This document shows, one piece after another, positions 51,513-64,000 of a DNA stretch of 64,000 nt (position 1 is its first letter; every line of letters starts with the position of its first letter). This DNA is from Octopus bimaculoides. Taxonomy: Eukaryota. Made by a program: the position numbers and the translations under genes. The notes under the pieces were generated by a model. It saw only the letters and a program-made list of their open reading frames with translations. It made no database searches and was not told where the DNA came from. The stretch covers positions 147,469,946 to 147,533,945 of the forward strand of contig NC_068983.1 of assembly GCF_001194135.2 (NCBI RefSeq), in the 5' to 3' direction.

Positions 51513-54500
51513 CTGTCAGATGAAGGAGGAATTATGAACAAATTACAAAAAAAAAAAAAAAAAAAAAAAACAGCGTGACTTTACATAGATTCGATCATGA
51601 AAATGACAAATAAAAAAAAGCAAAGATACCAAAAAATAAGTGTCTTTTTCTCTTTCATTAATAATATTTCTACCTGAAAGATTTTTTCTTTTATTTTGAT
51701 GCCCATTAACATGTAATCTTTCACGAAGGATGAACTTAAAGAAGAACGCATAGCCAAACAAAATGCTGCACTTGTTTTATAATAGAATATGAGATTCAGA
51801 TCCCCGTATCAAATTCTTCGCTAACTCTGTTTACTATAGTATAAAATATTCACAAAACCACGCATCTATTAAAGATGCTTTTTTTTTCTTTCCTAGGTGA
51901 AGTAAATACTCTACATAGAATTTAACAATGGATAAAGTCAATTATGCGGACGCAAAGAAACCGTCGCTTAAGTGCGATTCAACGGGAAGAGTCAATGTGA
52001 AATAGACCTCTATGGTTTTTTAATAAAAATAAAAAAAAGAAAAAGACTAATGTTTTGAGATGACTAATGTTTATAACGTTTGAAAGTATTGTCTATTGTT
52101 AGCTTGACGTTTTAATAACAGTTTACTTCCTATCCTGTTTTCTTTTAATAGCTTAAACTCCACGTTTATCGGAGCCAGTCTTGCAGCAAGCTATTAAATA
52201 TACAAATAAGTACCAGCTGTATTTCATGAGGCAAGCTGCGAAGTTAGCTTTGCGCTCGTTATGAGCAAATCCTCTCTTGTCATTCGAAAATGATAAAGTG
52301 AAAAGAAAAATATATAATATGTGAAATATATGACTGACCACCGGGCTAATAAATTGTTTATGCCACACACTTACTAGTTTTGAGGGTGGATAGTTAGGAT
52401 TACCTGAATAGCTAATTGAGGTTTATGAGAACTAGTTGTCCTCTGTTCCACCCCCACAAAAGCCAATAAAGACATGTAGCATTGCAAAGTACTTGGCAAT
52501 TTGTTTTCATAATGGCTACTCGTGAAACTGAATGGATTGTATTGGACACCATACTCTATGTTATAAATCCGAAGCAGCCTCTAGAGAATCGAAATTTTCC
52601 CACAAAAATAAGGCCTTCTAACACCGTTTTATTGTCGCTTTAAACAAGAGAATCTGAAGCTATTATATATCAAACAGTTTCGACTGAAACGTTTGCTATT
52701 GCTATGCTGGTATAACTTCACTATAACAATAGAATTATGAACTTGAGTGTTTAAGAGCATTGGCAGCCCAATGTAATCCATACTACATTTATATCAATGT
52801 TGAAAATGTATATAGAAGCTCTCAATGTAATCCAATGAGAAAGAAGGAAAAAAAATCAAATGAATAGGTTTCCGTTTAGAGAAAAATATATAGTCTAACA
52901 TGTGTAATAGGGATTAAGTTATCAAGCTTTATTTACACACATGTGAGAAAGAATACTTTTAAAGTAATCATATGATTGGAAATAGCCGAATTTTGTGTTA
53001 ACTTGTAGTTTACATTTAAACGGGAAGTCATTTATATGATGTAAGATATGCTCATAATGGAGTAGGGAACCGACACTTACACCAACACAACGATCATGTA
53101 ATTTGTATACCGCTTTTATGAGGTATATGTTTTAGCAGAACATGTGAGAAAGAGACTATGTAGAAGTGCCTTATGTAGTTCATTGAAGATATGTCAGTGT
53201 GTGTAAACCAGATATGTGTGCGTGTATGCGTCAATACACTGGTACACGCACACAAAAAACATACATGTATATATATATGTGTGTGTGTTTGTGTGTGTAC
53301 ACTCCTCATACATACATACATGCATACATACATACATACATGCATGCATGCATACATACATACAAACATACATACATACATAATCTTGTGCATACTTTGT
53401 GTTGAACACTTAATTCTACATGGAATTGTATGGGCGCCTTTGTGATACATATGTGTTGGGTAATTTTGAGGTCATATTTTTCCAGGCCTGACCACAGCGG
53501 AATTTTCCAGAAAGAGAAGTGCAGATAGAGATAAAGAGAGGGTAAGGAAAAAAAGTCGAAAGATCTCATTACTACACATGATTTAGGAAAAACTACTTCA
53601 TGTTCCTTGAAAAACTGGTGGTAGGTGTGCTGGGAAAGAAAACGAGGAAAGTCAGTAATGGAGACGAGCGGAGACTGTAACAAGAAGAGCATCGGTAGAG
53701 GAGATCACCTCATACCAAGTCGTGGAAAGAAGTAGACACTCTATCTTCTAACAGAAATAAGCAGTAGCACCACACTATTGTCTGGTGATGAGAGTGATAA
53801 CAACTGCAGACGAAATATCCAAACTACCAAGGAAACACGCAGAAAACAAGGTTTCTTACCTCCTCCTAAAACAACTTGAATGCTAACAGGCACGCTCATG
53901 TCGACAAGAAGACAAAACGTTTTTCCTGTGTTAAGTACTTCTTGGTTTATTCGTGTGCTTTACAACACTTTTCCTTTATTTCTCTGTGATTGTTAATTTT
54001 ATACATTTATAATTTGCTCTTATTTTAATTGTATAATGTCTTTCATGTCAATGTAAGAAATTCTTAGTATTGCTTCAAATCTTTACGTAACTTATTTTTG
54101 TCATACTTTATACACTTCTTAGTAAAAACCTTGTTTAACGTTAATCATATTTGGTCTCTCTTCGAGATTGATTAAAAAGGAACAAAAGTATCTCATATCC
54201 AGCTCGCTGCCATTTTTAATGAAAAAGGCAGTGAGCTGGAGAAATCGGTTATGTGCTGAACAGAATCTTAGTAGCATTTCTTTCGGCCTTTCAGTTCTGA
54301 GTTCAAATTCCGCAGAGGTTGATATTTGCCTTTCATCCTTTCAGGGTTGATAAAATAAGCACCAGTTGAACACAGAGGTCGATGTAATCAACTAACATCA
54401 ACTCCTTAGAATTTCTGACCTTCTGCCAAGATTATAAAGAATTAATATTATTTAGTAACCCCACCTCATTTACCCCCACCCCAAAAGGGGACAGTACTCA

Positions 54501-55050
54501 TGGTATTGAAGGCCATCCTTAAACAGTGACTTTAATGGAATCTCGGTTCAATTCGGATGATATAAGTAGGAAATCAGGTTTAAATTTCCAGAAAATTGTA
54601 ATTCTAAAGTAAAATGTAAGGAGGAAGTGTTTATATCAGGATTTTTCAGGAATTGGTTCAAATGATAATAAACTATAACACGTGTGTAAGTATATATATA
54701 AATATGTGTGTGTACGTGTGTGTGCGTGCGTTCCCTTACCCATCTCCCTTCATCGTCGCCCCTCCCTCGTAACCCCACCCCTACACAATCTAACCCCACC
54801 TTCCCTATCCATCCGATCCTACCCCACACCACCCCTTGCATCTACTCCCACATACCCTACCTCTACCTCCACCCTCCGCCTAACCCACACCCCACACAAC
54901 CATACCACACAACACCACATCACATCGCACCACCACGCACACACTAGCACTGACCACTTCTCAGCACATATACATACATATGTATATACACATGTGTATA
55001 TATATATATGTATATATATATATACACACATACACACATATACACATACA

Positions 55051-55117
<67 letters not shown>

Positions 55118-55398
55118 GTGTGTTCACACGCGCGTATGTGTATGAGTGTATGTTCATCTCCACGTCACTGTAACGGTGCAGCAACGCAGTAAAAAGACTG
55201 AAAAAGTACCAGGCTAAACTCTTCAATGTAGTCCCCCCCTCTCCAGTATGGCCGCAGTCCAGTGACTGAAACAAGTAAAAGAATAAATCAAAGAATTAAT
55301 AATCCACAATAAGAACAATAGTATTTTCTTATATTAACACAAGGTGATGCATTTGGAGGAAATGTAATAATCGATTAGGGTTGAATCTCAACTTATCT

Positions 55399-55776
55399 GG
55401 TTGTTGTTGGCACTCCGTCGCTTACGATGTCAAGGGTTCCAGTTGATCCGATCAACGGAACAGCCTGCTCATGAAATTAACGTGCAAGTGACTGAGCACT
55501 CCACAGACACGTGTATCCTTAACGTAGTTCTCGGTGATATTCAGCGTGACACAGTGTGACAAGGCTGACCCTTCGAATTACAGGCACAACAGAAACAGGA
55601 AGAAAAAGTGAGAGAAAGTTGTGGTGAAAGAGTACAGCAGGGTTCGCCACCATCCCCTGCCGGAGCCTCAGGTGTTTTCGCTCAATAAACACTCACAACG
55701 CCTGGTCTGGGAATCGAAACCGTGATCCTACGACCGCGAGTCCGCTGCCCTAACCGCTGGGCCATTGCGCCTCCAC
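55399..55776 (-). mobile_element. tRNA-derived SINE
   Basis: The minus strand starts GTGGAGGCGCAATGGCCCAGCGGTTAGGG (A box) and contains GGTTTCGATTCCC (B box). Collinear in part with 59200-59501. Confidence 0.8.
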
Positions 55777-57242
55777 ACTCATCTCGTATTTCATTTATTA
55801 ACTCTTGGAAGACGAAAACAAAAGATGATCTTGGCGGGATTTGAACTCAGGCATTGAAAAACATTTTGTTCCACGTTCAAACAATTCAGCCACTACATTA
55901 AAATTCGCTACTCATGAACCAAAGAGAGCCCATACATTGCCTCTCAAACAGTTAGACATGGTAGTCAACTTCCCTTAACCATAACCTATTGTCGTCAGAA
56001 AAGAAAAAGGACACGTTGAACAATGTAGTCTCTGATATACAAAAGAAAGAGATAGTAACGGCTTAAGAGCGTTTGATCATATGTCTGGAGTTTGAACAAT
56101 ATCAACAATTTACTACTCTTTTATCTGTTATTTCTTTTACGTCAGCTCATTTCTTTCAAGCATATTTTTACCACATCTAAGAGACCATCAGATTTTATGC
56201 AATTTATTAGTTGAAAATTCTTTGTTGTTAGTTTTGAAAAATGTTGCAGTAGTTGTTGGTTGGGGTGATATCACTACTTTTATTGCTGCTGCTACTACTG
56301 CTGCTGCTGCTGCTCATAATACTGGTGCTAGATACTGATGGTTGTAAAGATAAGTGGAAAGATCGTGTTTATTGATCTCCACTTTAAAGTACTGTTGTTG
56401 TTGTTGTTATTGCTGCCGACGGCACTCATAAAATCCTGTGTGCTTTCATACATATAGGTGTATGAATGAATATAGTAGTAACTTCTACCAGGTGGCAGCC
56501 GTGTGAACGGGAGAATGTTTTATGGAGAAGCAGCTATTAGGCATGATAGGATATAGTATCCTACGGTGTATCGTTAGGAACATCAAAATAAATGAGTATA
56601 ACAGTTAATTTGTGACGTGTAGCATGGAGTAGGGGTTAAGTTCTCGGTGTATTAAAGCTGCAACCAAATTTCAATTTCCCAACCTACATACTACATTCCG
56701 CATTCTTTTTCACATCACGTACAATTCTAACTTTGAGATATTTTATATCGACACTGTCCGAGTGTGTCTGAAGCAAGTAAGCAGGGCACATCGTCGAAAA
56801 ATATGTTGTTAATACTATATAAATGTTTTCTTTGCATTGATGTTTGTGTATGATTTCGTGGCGGCGTTAACCAGATGAAATACAAATATACTCCGGGAAA
56901 AGAAATCAGTATAATTCGGATGTCATTTCACGGTGTTAATAACTATTGCAGAGGGTTATTTGGAATGAAATATTTATATTCAAATGTGCTCACTAAATGC
57001 ACATCAAAACATCTCTCTCATGTATTTTAATGAAAGACGCGTCAATCCAACCATTTTGCTTCAAGCACCTACTGAATATGGTGCTAACCTAGCTCAGGTG
57101 ACCTTCTCAGGTGCATTTGCATGGCAGGTGGATGAACTGAAGTGTCGAGGAATTATAAGCATTGCTGACATGCGCAGATCTGAACGGCCATTTTGCAATC
57201 AGTGAGGTTAAAATAGTCTGCCTCATTTTATATACTTACATG

Positions 57243-57322
<80 letters not shown>

Positions 57323-57479
57323 CACACAAACACACACACACACACACACATACACACACATATATATATATATGAAATACCTAGGGCCCTACAACCGCGG
57401 GCTTTGTGCATTATCAGCTTGGTAGAGCACATCGGTTGTCAGCTCAGAAGAAATCGGGGAATCCATTAGACATACTTAT

Positions 57480-57575
<96 letters not shown>

Positions 57576-58404
57576 CGTGTGTGTACATATGTACATATGT
57601 ATGTATATGTGTATGTACATACAATGACATAGTAATTCGTTTCTTTAATATTCCGATAAATTCGAACATGAATTTGCTATTCGCTAGAGTATTTTATCTT
57701 TGTTGAATGGCTTCTTTTTTCAGACGATGTATGTTCATAACACACTCTATTTAAAAAGGAAAGAAGGCTTTGAGAAAATGCAAGTTTTTGACTTTGTTGT
57801 GTCTCTTATGTCAAAGCTACCTCGGGATCATTGAACCTAAGCAAGACTTGTGGATCCGGGTTATAAAATTCAATAAATAGGTTATTTGCTAATGCGTTCA
57901 GTTGACTTCTAAACTGATAATAATTCATCATGTGCATGGAGAACATCAAAACTAGAGTGTGTTGTAAGGGTACATTCACCTGAAAGGAGTTGTTCTCTGA
58001 AGAAGAAATACAAAAGCGATTATAATATTTACGCTCGAATCTACAGGAATGTATGATGAATACGCACATCATTATTTGGATTCTTGATGTTCTCCGTGCA
58101 CATAAAAGATTACACGCACGCACGGTAGCACGCACACACACATGCACGCGCGCGCGCATGCACTAAGCCGTTGCCGGGATAAATTTTCGTCTCCGATATA
58201 TATTGAGTTTTGTTTTAAACACAGTACATCTCAAAGATTTTACCTCAGATGGAAACTACAGTCTCTTGCTTCCAAATGGTGTATATACCTTAAGCATGAT
58301 ACATTGATGATACACACACGCACTCACGTTCTCACACGCACACATGCTCACACACACTCACATGATCACACATACACACACTCAAACACTCACCTACGCG
58401 CGCA

Positions 58405-58444
<40 letters not shown>

Positions 58445-61400
58445 TACAATGCCACCATGAAATTTCTATACTACATCTGCTTAACCGTCTAAACTGTCTG
58501 TTCTGCCTTATTTATTATAAATATATCATAATGTATTAAATTTATTTAAGAATTTGGTAGAGACCATGACACTTCGCAAAGCCCTCAAGACTAGTGGGAT
58601 GAAGAAATGGAACGTGTAAGTTATCCTCAAGTCAACACGCTGGTACAAACGTTTGCAACAAAATGAACTTTCTTAAATCACCCAAAGACAAGGTAGTGAT
58701 GGCCGTAGCGGTGGTGTTAAAATGATTGACGGACGAAGTCTACCGTCTATGCAGGTCTTAAGGGACTGTACTCAGAACTTAAAGAGCCAGAATAAATACC
58801 ACTAGGTATAAAGTTAAATGCTTTAACAGTATCCCCCTCTAGACTATTATCACAGAGTTGAAAATTTATTCTGCAACAAAGTTTCCATTTTATTTCAGAA
58901 TTATCACTCCGACAATATTTTCGTACGATAATCAAATGGAAGCCTGTTCTTTTGAAAAGGCACCTCACTAAAACCTTTGCAGTCTTTACTTTCGTGATAA
59001 TTTTGTTCTTCATATGAATTATAATGGATGGAGGAAATATTAGTAATATATTTCGGTCTACTTTTTCCTTTTTCACAAGAACTGCTCTTCGTAACCCTTG
59101 TAAAAAAACCCCAAAAGAACTCAAGCTTTTGAGTTGTTTATGTGAGCAATTATTTTTTCACTTGTAATTCATGCTTATTATTACTCTTTTTTTTTTCGCC
59201 CTTTTAAAGCCTAGCCAGCCTCATGGGCCCGGTTTCCCGGTTTCTAGGGCGTATGTCCCCCCACCCCCACCACCAACCAGCTGGACGGGACGCCAGTCCA
59301 TCCTAGCGTTACTCAAGAAACAAACAGGAAGAAAGAATGAGAGAAAGTTGGGGCGAAAGAGTAGAACAGGGGACGCCACCACCCCCTGCCGGAGCCTCGT
59401 GGAGCTTTAGGTATTTTTGCTCAATAAACACACACAACGTCTGGTCTGGGAAACGAAACTGCGAGTCCGTTGCCCTAACCACTGGGCCATTGCGCCTCCA
59501 CTATTATTACTCTACGAGAACTTAATGAAATTTGTCTTTGGAAAATGAACAAAAATTAAGTAGTGTGTTAAGAAGTATCCCCCGAGAAGTGTTATAAAAT
59601 ATCACCCGACACAAATTAGTTAACAATACTTATCTGATGTAAACAGCATAATTCCTGATCATTGTTGGTATATTATTTTTCATTCCGAAAATTATGCAAA
59701 TTTACTTTATATCCACAGCTGGCTGAACCAAGCATTAGATACGAAATTGTAATATGCGGCGACTGGCAGAATCGATAGCACGCTGGGAAAAAAGCTTAGC
59801 AGCATTTCATCCGCTTTTGCGTTCTGAATTCAAGTTCTACCAAGGACGACTTTGCCTTTCATACTTTCGGGATCGATAAAATAAGTACCAGCTGAGCACC
59901 GGCGTCGATGTAATCGACTTCAGCGCTCCCCCAAAGTTGCTGGCTTTGTGCCAAAATGTGAAACCAATATTTATATTTAGGCTGAAACAGGTGTGCGCAC
60001 ACCCACACAAACACGCACGCATACACACACTCACGCACACACATAAACACACATACACACACAACAGACATATAACATTCGATATTGGTGTTAGAAGTCG
60101 AGAATGTTACACGAGAGACCGTCATAATACAGAAACCCCAGATGCAATTATAAATACAAGATGGCGGCTAATTTATGTAAAACGGTTCAGCATTTCTGAA
60201 ACCGTTGTTTCTTAATCAATGGGATATGAAAGTCTATTGTCATTAGCTGATAAACAAACGCCCAGGAAGAAGAAACATTTCTTTTGATGAATTTATATCC
60301 TATCAATATAGCTTTCCGCTGAAGCTATAACTAGATGATTGCTTTCGCTGTACTAAATCCTCAAAGTGCTTTCATCATCACCATCATCATCAACATCATT
60401 GTTATCGTCATCATTGTCTTCCTCAACGTCGTATTCGTCGTCATCGTCATCGCTATCATGATTTCTATCATCATCATATTCACCATTCTTGTAATAAGAA
60501 AATGACTGACTATTCGTTAACGACTTCCCAATTGTCATGGCAGGTGAATACCAAAATAAATAAAGCCTTATTGTTTTCGTTACAGCTTATGTTCTGAGTT
60601 CAAAACCCACCGAAGTTTGTCAAAGAATGGGGACAGATTAAATCTAAACACGTTTGCCTTTTCTCTAAATTTTTGGCTTTGCAACCAGAATGCGACCAGA
60701 ATGCGACAGCTGGAGGGAAAGAGAGCTGCATCAGTAGCTGACTTGCAGTCACTTTCCGGCTGAGTGGACTGGGGAAACGTAACATGAAGTACATTGCTCA
60801 AAGACACAACGTCCCGAGCGGTTCAGGAATTGAACTTGGAAGCTTGTAATCGTGAGCTCAACGCCTTTATAACTCGGCCGCGCGCAAAATGTGATTATTT
60901 TACTTGTCTCCAAGAACTAGAATCACAAGTCCATGTCCATATGCAACTATTGATATATTCCTGAGTAAAGTATACTATTCTAGAGACACCATCATGACTA
61001 ATTATTAGATCGTCGATTTAAGACTAATTATAATTTTCGGTTAGTAAGCTAGCGTGTTAACATTACCGAAAATATTTGTTTTTAGTTGGTATGAGTAAAA
61101 GCGACAGCATCCAAAGAACTTTATTTTGTCCGAGGCTGTTGGGTTGGGATTGAGATAACTAGTTGTGTATTATCGGTTAGTACTAAGTTTAGTTTAGCAC
61201 ACGTACAAGCGCGCGCGCACATACACACACATTTATTAAGTAGAGCCAGAAGTAGTATTAATACCAAAAAGCAATCTTTATACCCAATGTAGCGTGGATA
61301 TTTTGTTGAAACAGAGAATATTGAGTCATTGTTGTCATTGTTGTTTAGCCACCGATTCTTTCTGGGACAAATCTATAACTAAAAGCGTTTCAACCGTGAT

Positions 61401-62505
61401 CATTCAGTCTCTTTACGAATACATAAAGCTACATTATCCAACGAGTCGTTTCCCCATTTTTTAAGCCGACAGGATATAAGTTGAAGAAGATTTGGCTGCT
61501 GTTATTTCTAACACATACAGAAACCTTGTAAAAGTTCCCTTGTTGGCTCATGGGACGTGCAAGTTGGCGGAATAAAAGCTACTTTAATCGTAGGAGAAGT
61601 CTAGTTGAAAGCAGTTTGGACAAATACAAATATAAAAATTATTTAGTACATAGTCAAGCAGAAGAAACTGTGACGGTTGAAGGGGAGGAAGAGACTTGGA
61701 TGAAACGATTAGGCTTTGGTAGGCGTAGGACCGTCCAAACAAGTTTGCAAATAAAGAAACAATTACTGTCGTTGCTGAACACCAACTCAAACTTCAACGA
61801 ACACATCTATAGACGAAGGCATTCCATATCTGACCATTCTGTCTTTTGATTCGAACATAATGTAACTAGGTCTACATGATCTAATGTGTCCTATCGTTAG
61901 GACACCATGGATTGAATTTGAAGGAAATTATTGCATAACTCATTATTGTTTTTCTTATTACTATTTAACATCAGGTCATCTCCGAACGAGCTTATCTGCG
62001 GTCAAAAGTATTCCAACTGTAACCAGGTGTAATTTGAGGTTGATTTCAGACTACTACTTTTAACGGTTTGAAATACCTCACAGAGACTCAATAACTGAAT
62101 CGCACAGAAACTGCTGTACAAGTGGGAAAATATAGCTATATTGTGTGTTAGTGGTGGTTGGAGAGAGATGTTGAAAGTATGGCTTGACTATCAAGCAGAA
62201 TCAGCAGAAATGATATTTGCACTTTATGATTGCATTTACAGTAAGAGAATGAACTACCAACAGCCATAGGAATTTCGAATCGATAACATAAATTATTGAT
62301 TATTTCAAACATCATAGAACACACTTCACAGGAAACATTTAGAGGAGTTAGTTTTACAGCAGGTAGAAACTGATAAACGTTTCATTTATTTCACATACAG
62401 ATTAAATATATAGTTAAACATGAAATGTCTGTGTTATAATCAACAGTACTCATATGTGAGGTTTTCATTAGTCCTATAGACTTCAGAGGAGAAGAAACTA
62501 ACATT

Positions 62506-62950
62506 CATTCATTATTTAAGGGTATTAACGAATTATTTATATCATATATTATCAGCAGTGATGACACCGAAGACTGGATGTTTGAATTCACTTGCACCAC
62601 ATTTCTAGCCATTTTTACGTTCATTCGTTATTGAAGAGTTAATAACGGATCATATATTGTCAGCAGTTGATGTGACACCAAAGACTGGGTGTTAGGATTC
62701 AATTTCACCATCTTTTTGGCTAGTCTTATGTTCAATCATTATTTAGGAGTATAACCAAATTATTTACATCATTTATTATCTGCATTTGCTGTGACACCGG
62801 AGACTAGGTGTTGGGATTCAATCAAAATACAGAAGTCATTCTTACGTTCATTCATTATTTATGAGTATTAGCGAATTAGTTACAGCATTTATTATCGACA
62901 ATTGTTATGACACTGAAGACTGGGGGTATAGATTCAATTACATAACATTC
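62506..62950 (+). repeat. Four diverged tandem copies of a unit of about 115 bp
   Basis: Unit starts at 62506, 62622, 62733 and 62849. Shared core TGACAC(C/T)RRAGACTRG...ATTCA. Confidence 0.88.
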
Positions 62951-63545
62951 CTGGTCATAACGGCTATTAATTAATTACTTGCAAGCATTTCTTCCAAATC
63001 GTTAAATCCTCAAAGAGTAAAACCAAATCGTTGTCAGTGTTAATGAGGACGTTTATGACATTTATCCGCCGAGTCAGCTCTGACAGAGCAGACCCAAGAT
63101 AAAAGGTGTTTCAGTAATGAAACATCTTTTGTAGCCTCTGATATATCTAGAGCTACATTGCGTGATTTCACTGAGGTTTGGTTGCTATTTCCAGCAGGTT
63201 GAGGGACAGTGCTAATTTGCCCTTGTTGGCGCTTTTGTAGTTGGAATGCAAACTAGATACTGCAAATGGTAAAAATCAACACTGGAGTAAATGAAGTGAA
63301 ATAGCTAAAACTGAGATCCAGATATAGAATACAGTCTCGGCATAGCCCTAGTGAATACCGACCCCTTTAAATAATTTTTCATATATGCAATTTACTTGCT
63401 ACGACTACACATAAGCGGTCACTTTTATACCCGATAGTCAAGAAAGGGATTAAAATATAAGAAAATTAGAGAGGCGATCAAACCATGTTGATTTGTAGCC
63501 AAATCTACTTTATAACTATCAACTGTTTCACTCAGCCTATTCGAG

Positions 63546-63797
63546 ATGACTGAACGAAACGCAAAGTTGCTACAAAATGTATGTCAAAACAAAATAATTG
63601 ATATTAGTTTGATCGCAAATGACTTTTACACCTTAGAATACGAAGGCAGCAAAGAAGGATTTAAATACTGGAGACTGATGGAAAACTATCATTATCACTG
63701 CAAACCCAAATCAAATCACACGATCATTTGGCAGTGCCACCGCTGCTCAAAGAGTGATCTTTACCAATATATATTTACATATAGCAAGGTTAAGTAG
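63546..63797 (+). mobile_element. Possible FLYWCH/MULE transposase N-terminal remnant
   Basis: SKEG...LMENYHYH...IIWQC loosely follows the SxKG..L..GYxY...IxWRC FLYWCH pattern; the second Cys/His ligands are not evident. Confidence 0.3.
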
Positions 63798-64000
63798 ACC
63801 AATAAAAACTAGTGAGACGGCCATGGGTACCAGCGCAGCACCTATGTGAGAGGATACTAACTTTCTGCTGAATTGCTGTTACTCTACTCACTCGATCACT
63901 TATGTAATTCACGCAAGCTTCTTATTCTACAGAAATTGCATCAAACTTTACTTTAGTGTATTAAATTTCTGTCATATATATATATATATATATATATATA

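Noticed and set aside
54740-54900. C-tract-rich stretch with G-quadruplex potential on the minus strand and CTAACC telomere-like words
   Set aside because: Irregular low-complexity sequence grading into (CA)n; no true TTAGGG array.
56485-56498. CTCF-like CTACCAGGTGGCAG (13/14 match to the degenerate core)
   Set aside because: A rough estimate gives about one such match by chance per window of this size; there is no other support.
58747-59124. 125-aa minus-strand ORF
   Set aside because: No recognisable domain in any frame.
62506-62950. CRISPR-like or snoRNA-cluster reading of the 115-bp tandem repeat
   Set aside because: Whole units are homologous (no unique spacers), the context is eukaryotic, and a C-box GTGATGA occurs in only one unit.

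Overview
AT-rich eukaryotic genomic DNA with 13 N-gaps and very many microsatellites. The repeat types suggest a cephalopod (Octopus-like); that is an inference, not a database result. The only recognisable host gene is the 3' coding part of an NK2-class homeobox gene, NKX2-2/vnd-like, on the minus strand (13234-13909). It has the homeodomain and NK2-specific domain; its 5' part is hidden by a gap. The rest is non-coding, filled with tRNA-derived SINEs, decayed R4/Dong-type LINEs nested in (AAT)n tracts, a CR1-like RT remnant, a mariner derivative and several fold-back elements. The most interesting signal is five short, sequence-unrelated Penelope-pLTR-like segments next to (TA)n tracts. Each carries a minimal type I hammerhead ribozyme motif: one intact, one with a core variant, three degenerate. 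Also notable are a 460-bp inverted repeat, an 11-bp x13 array and a CpG-rich insert inside a SINE.
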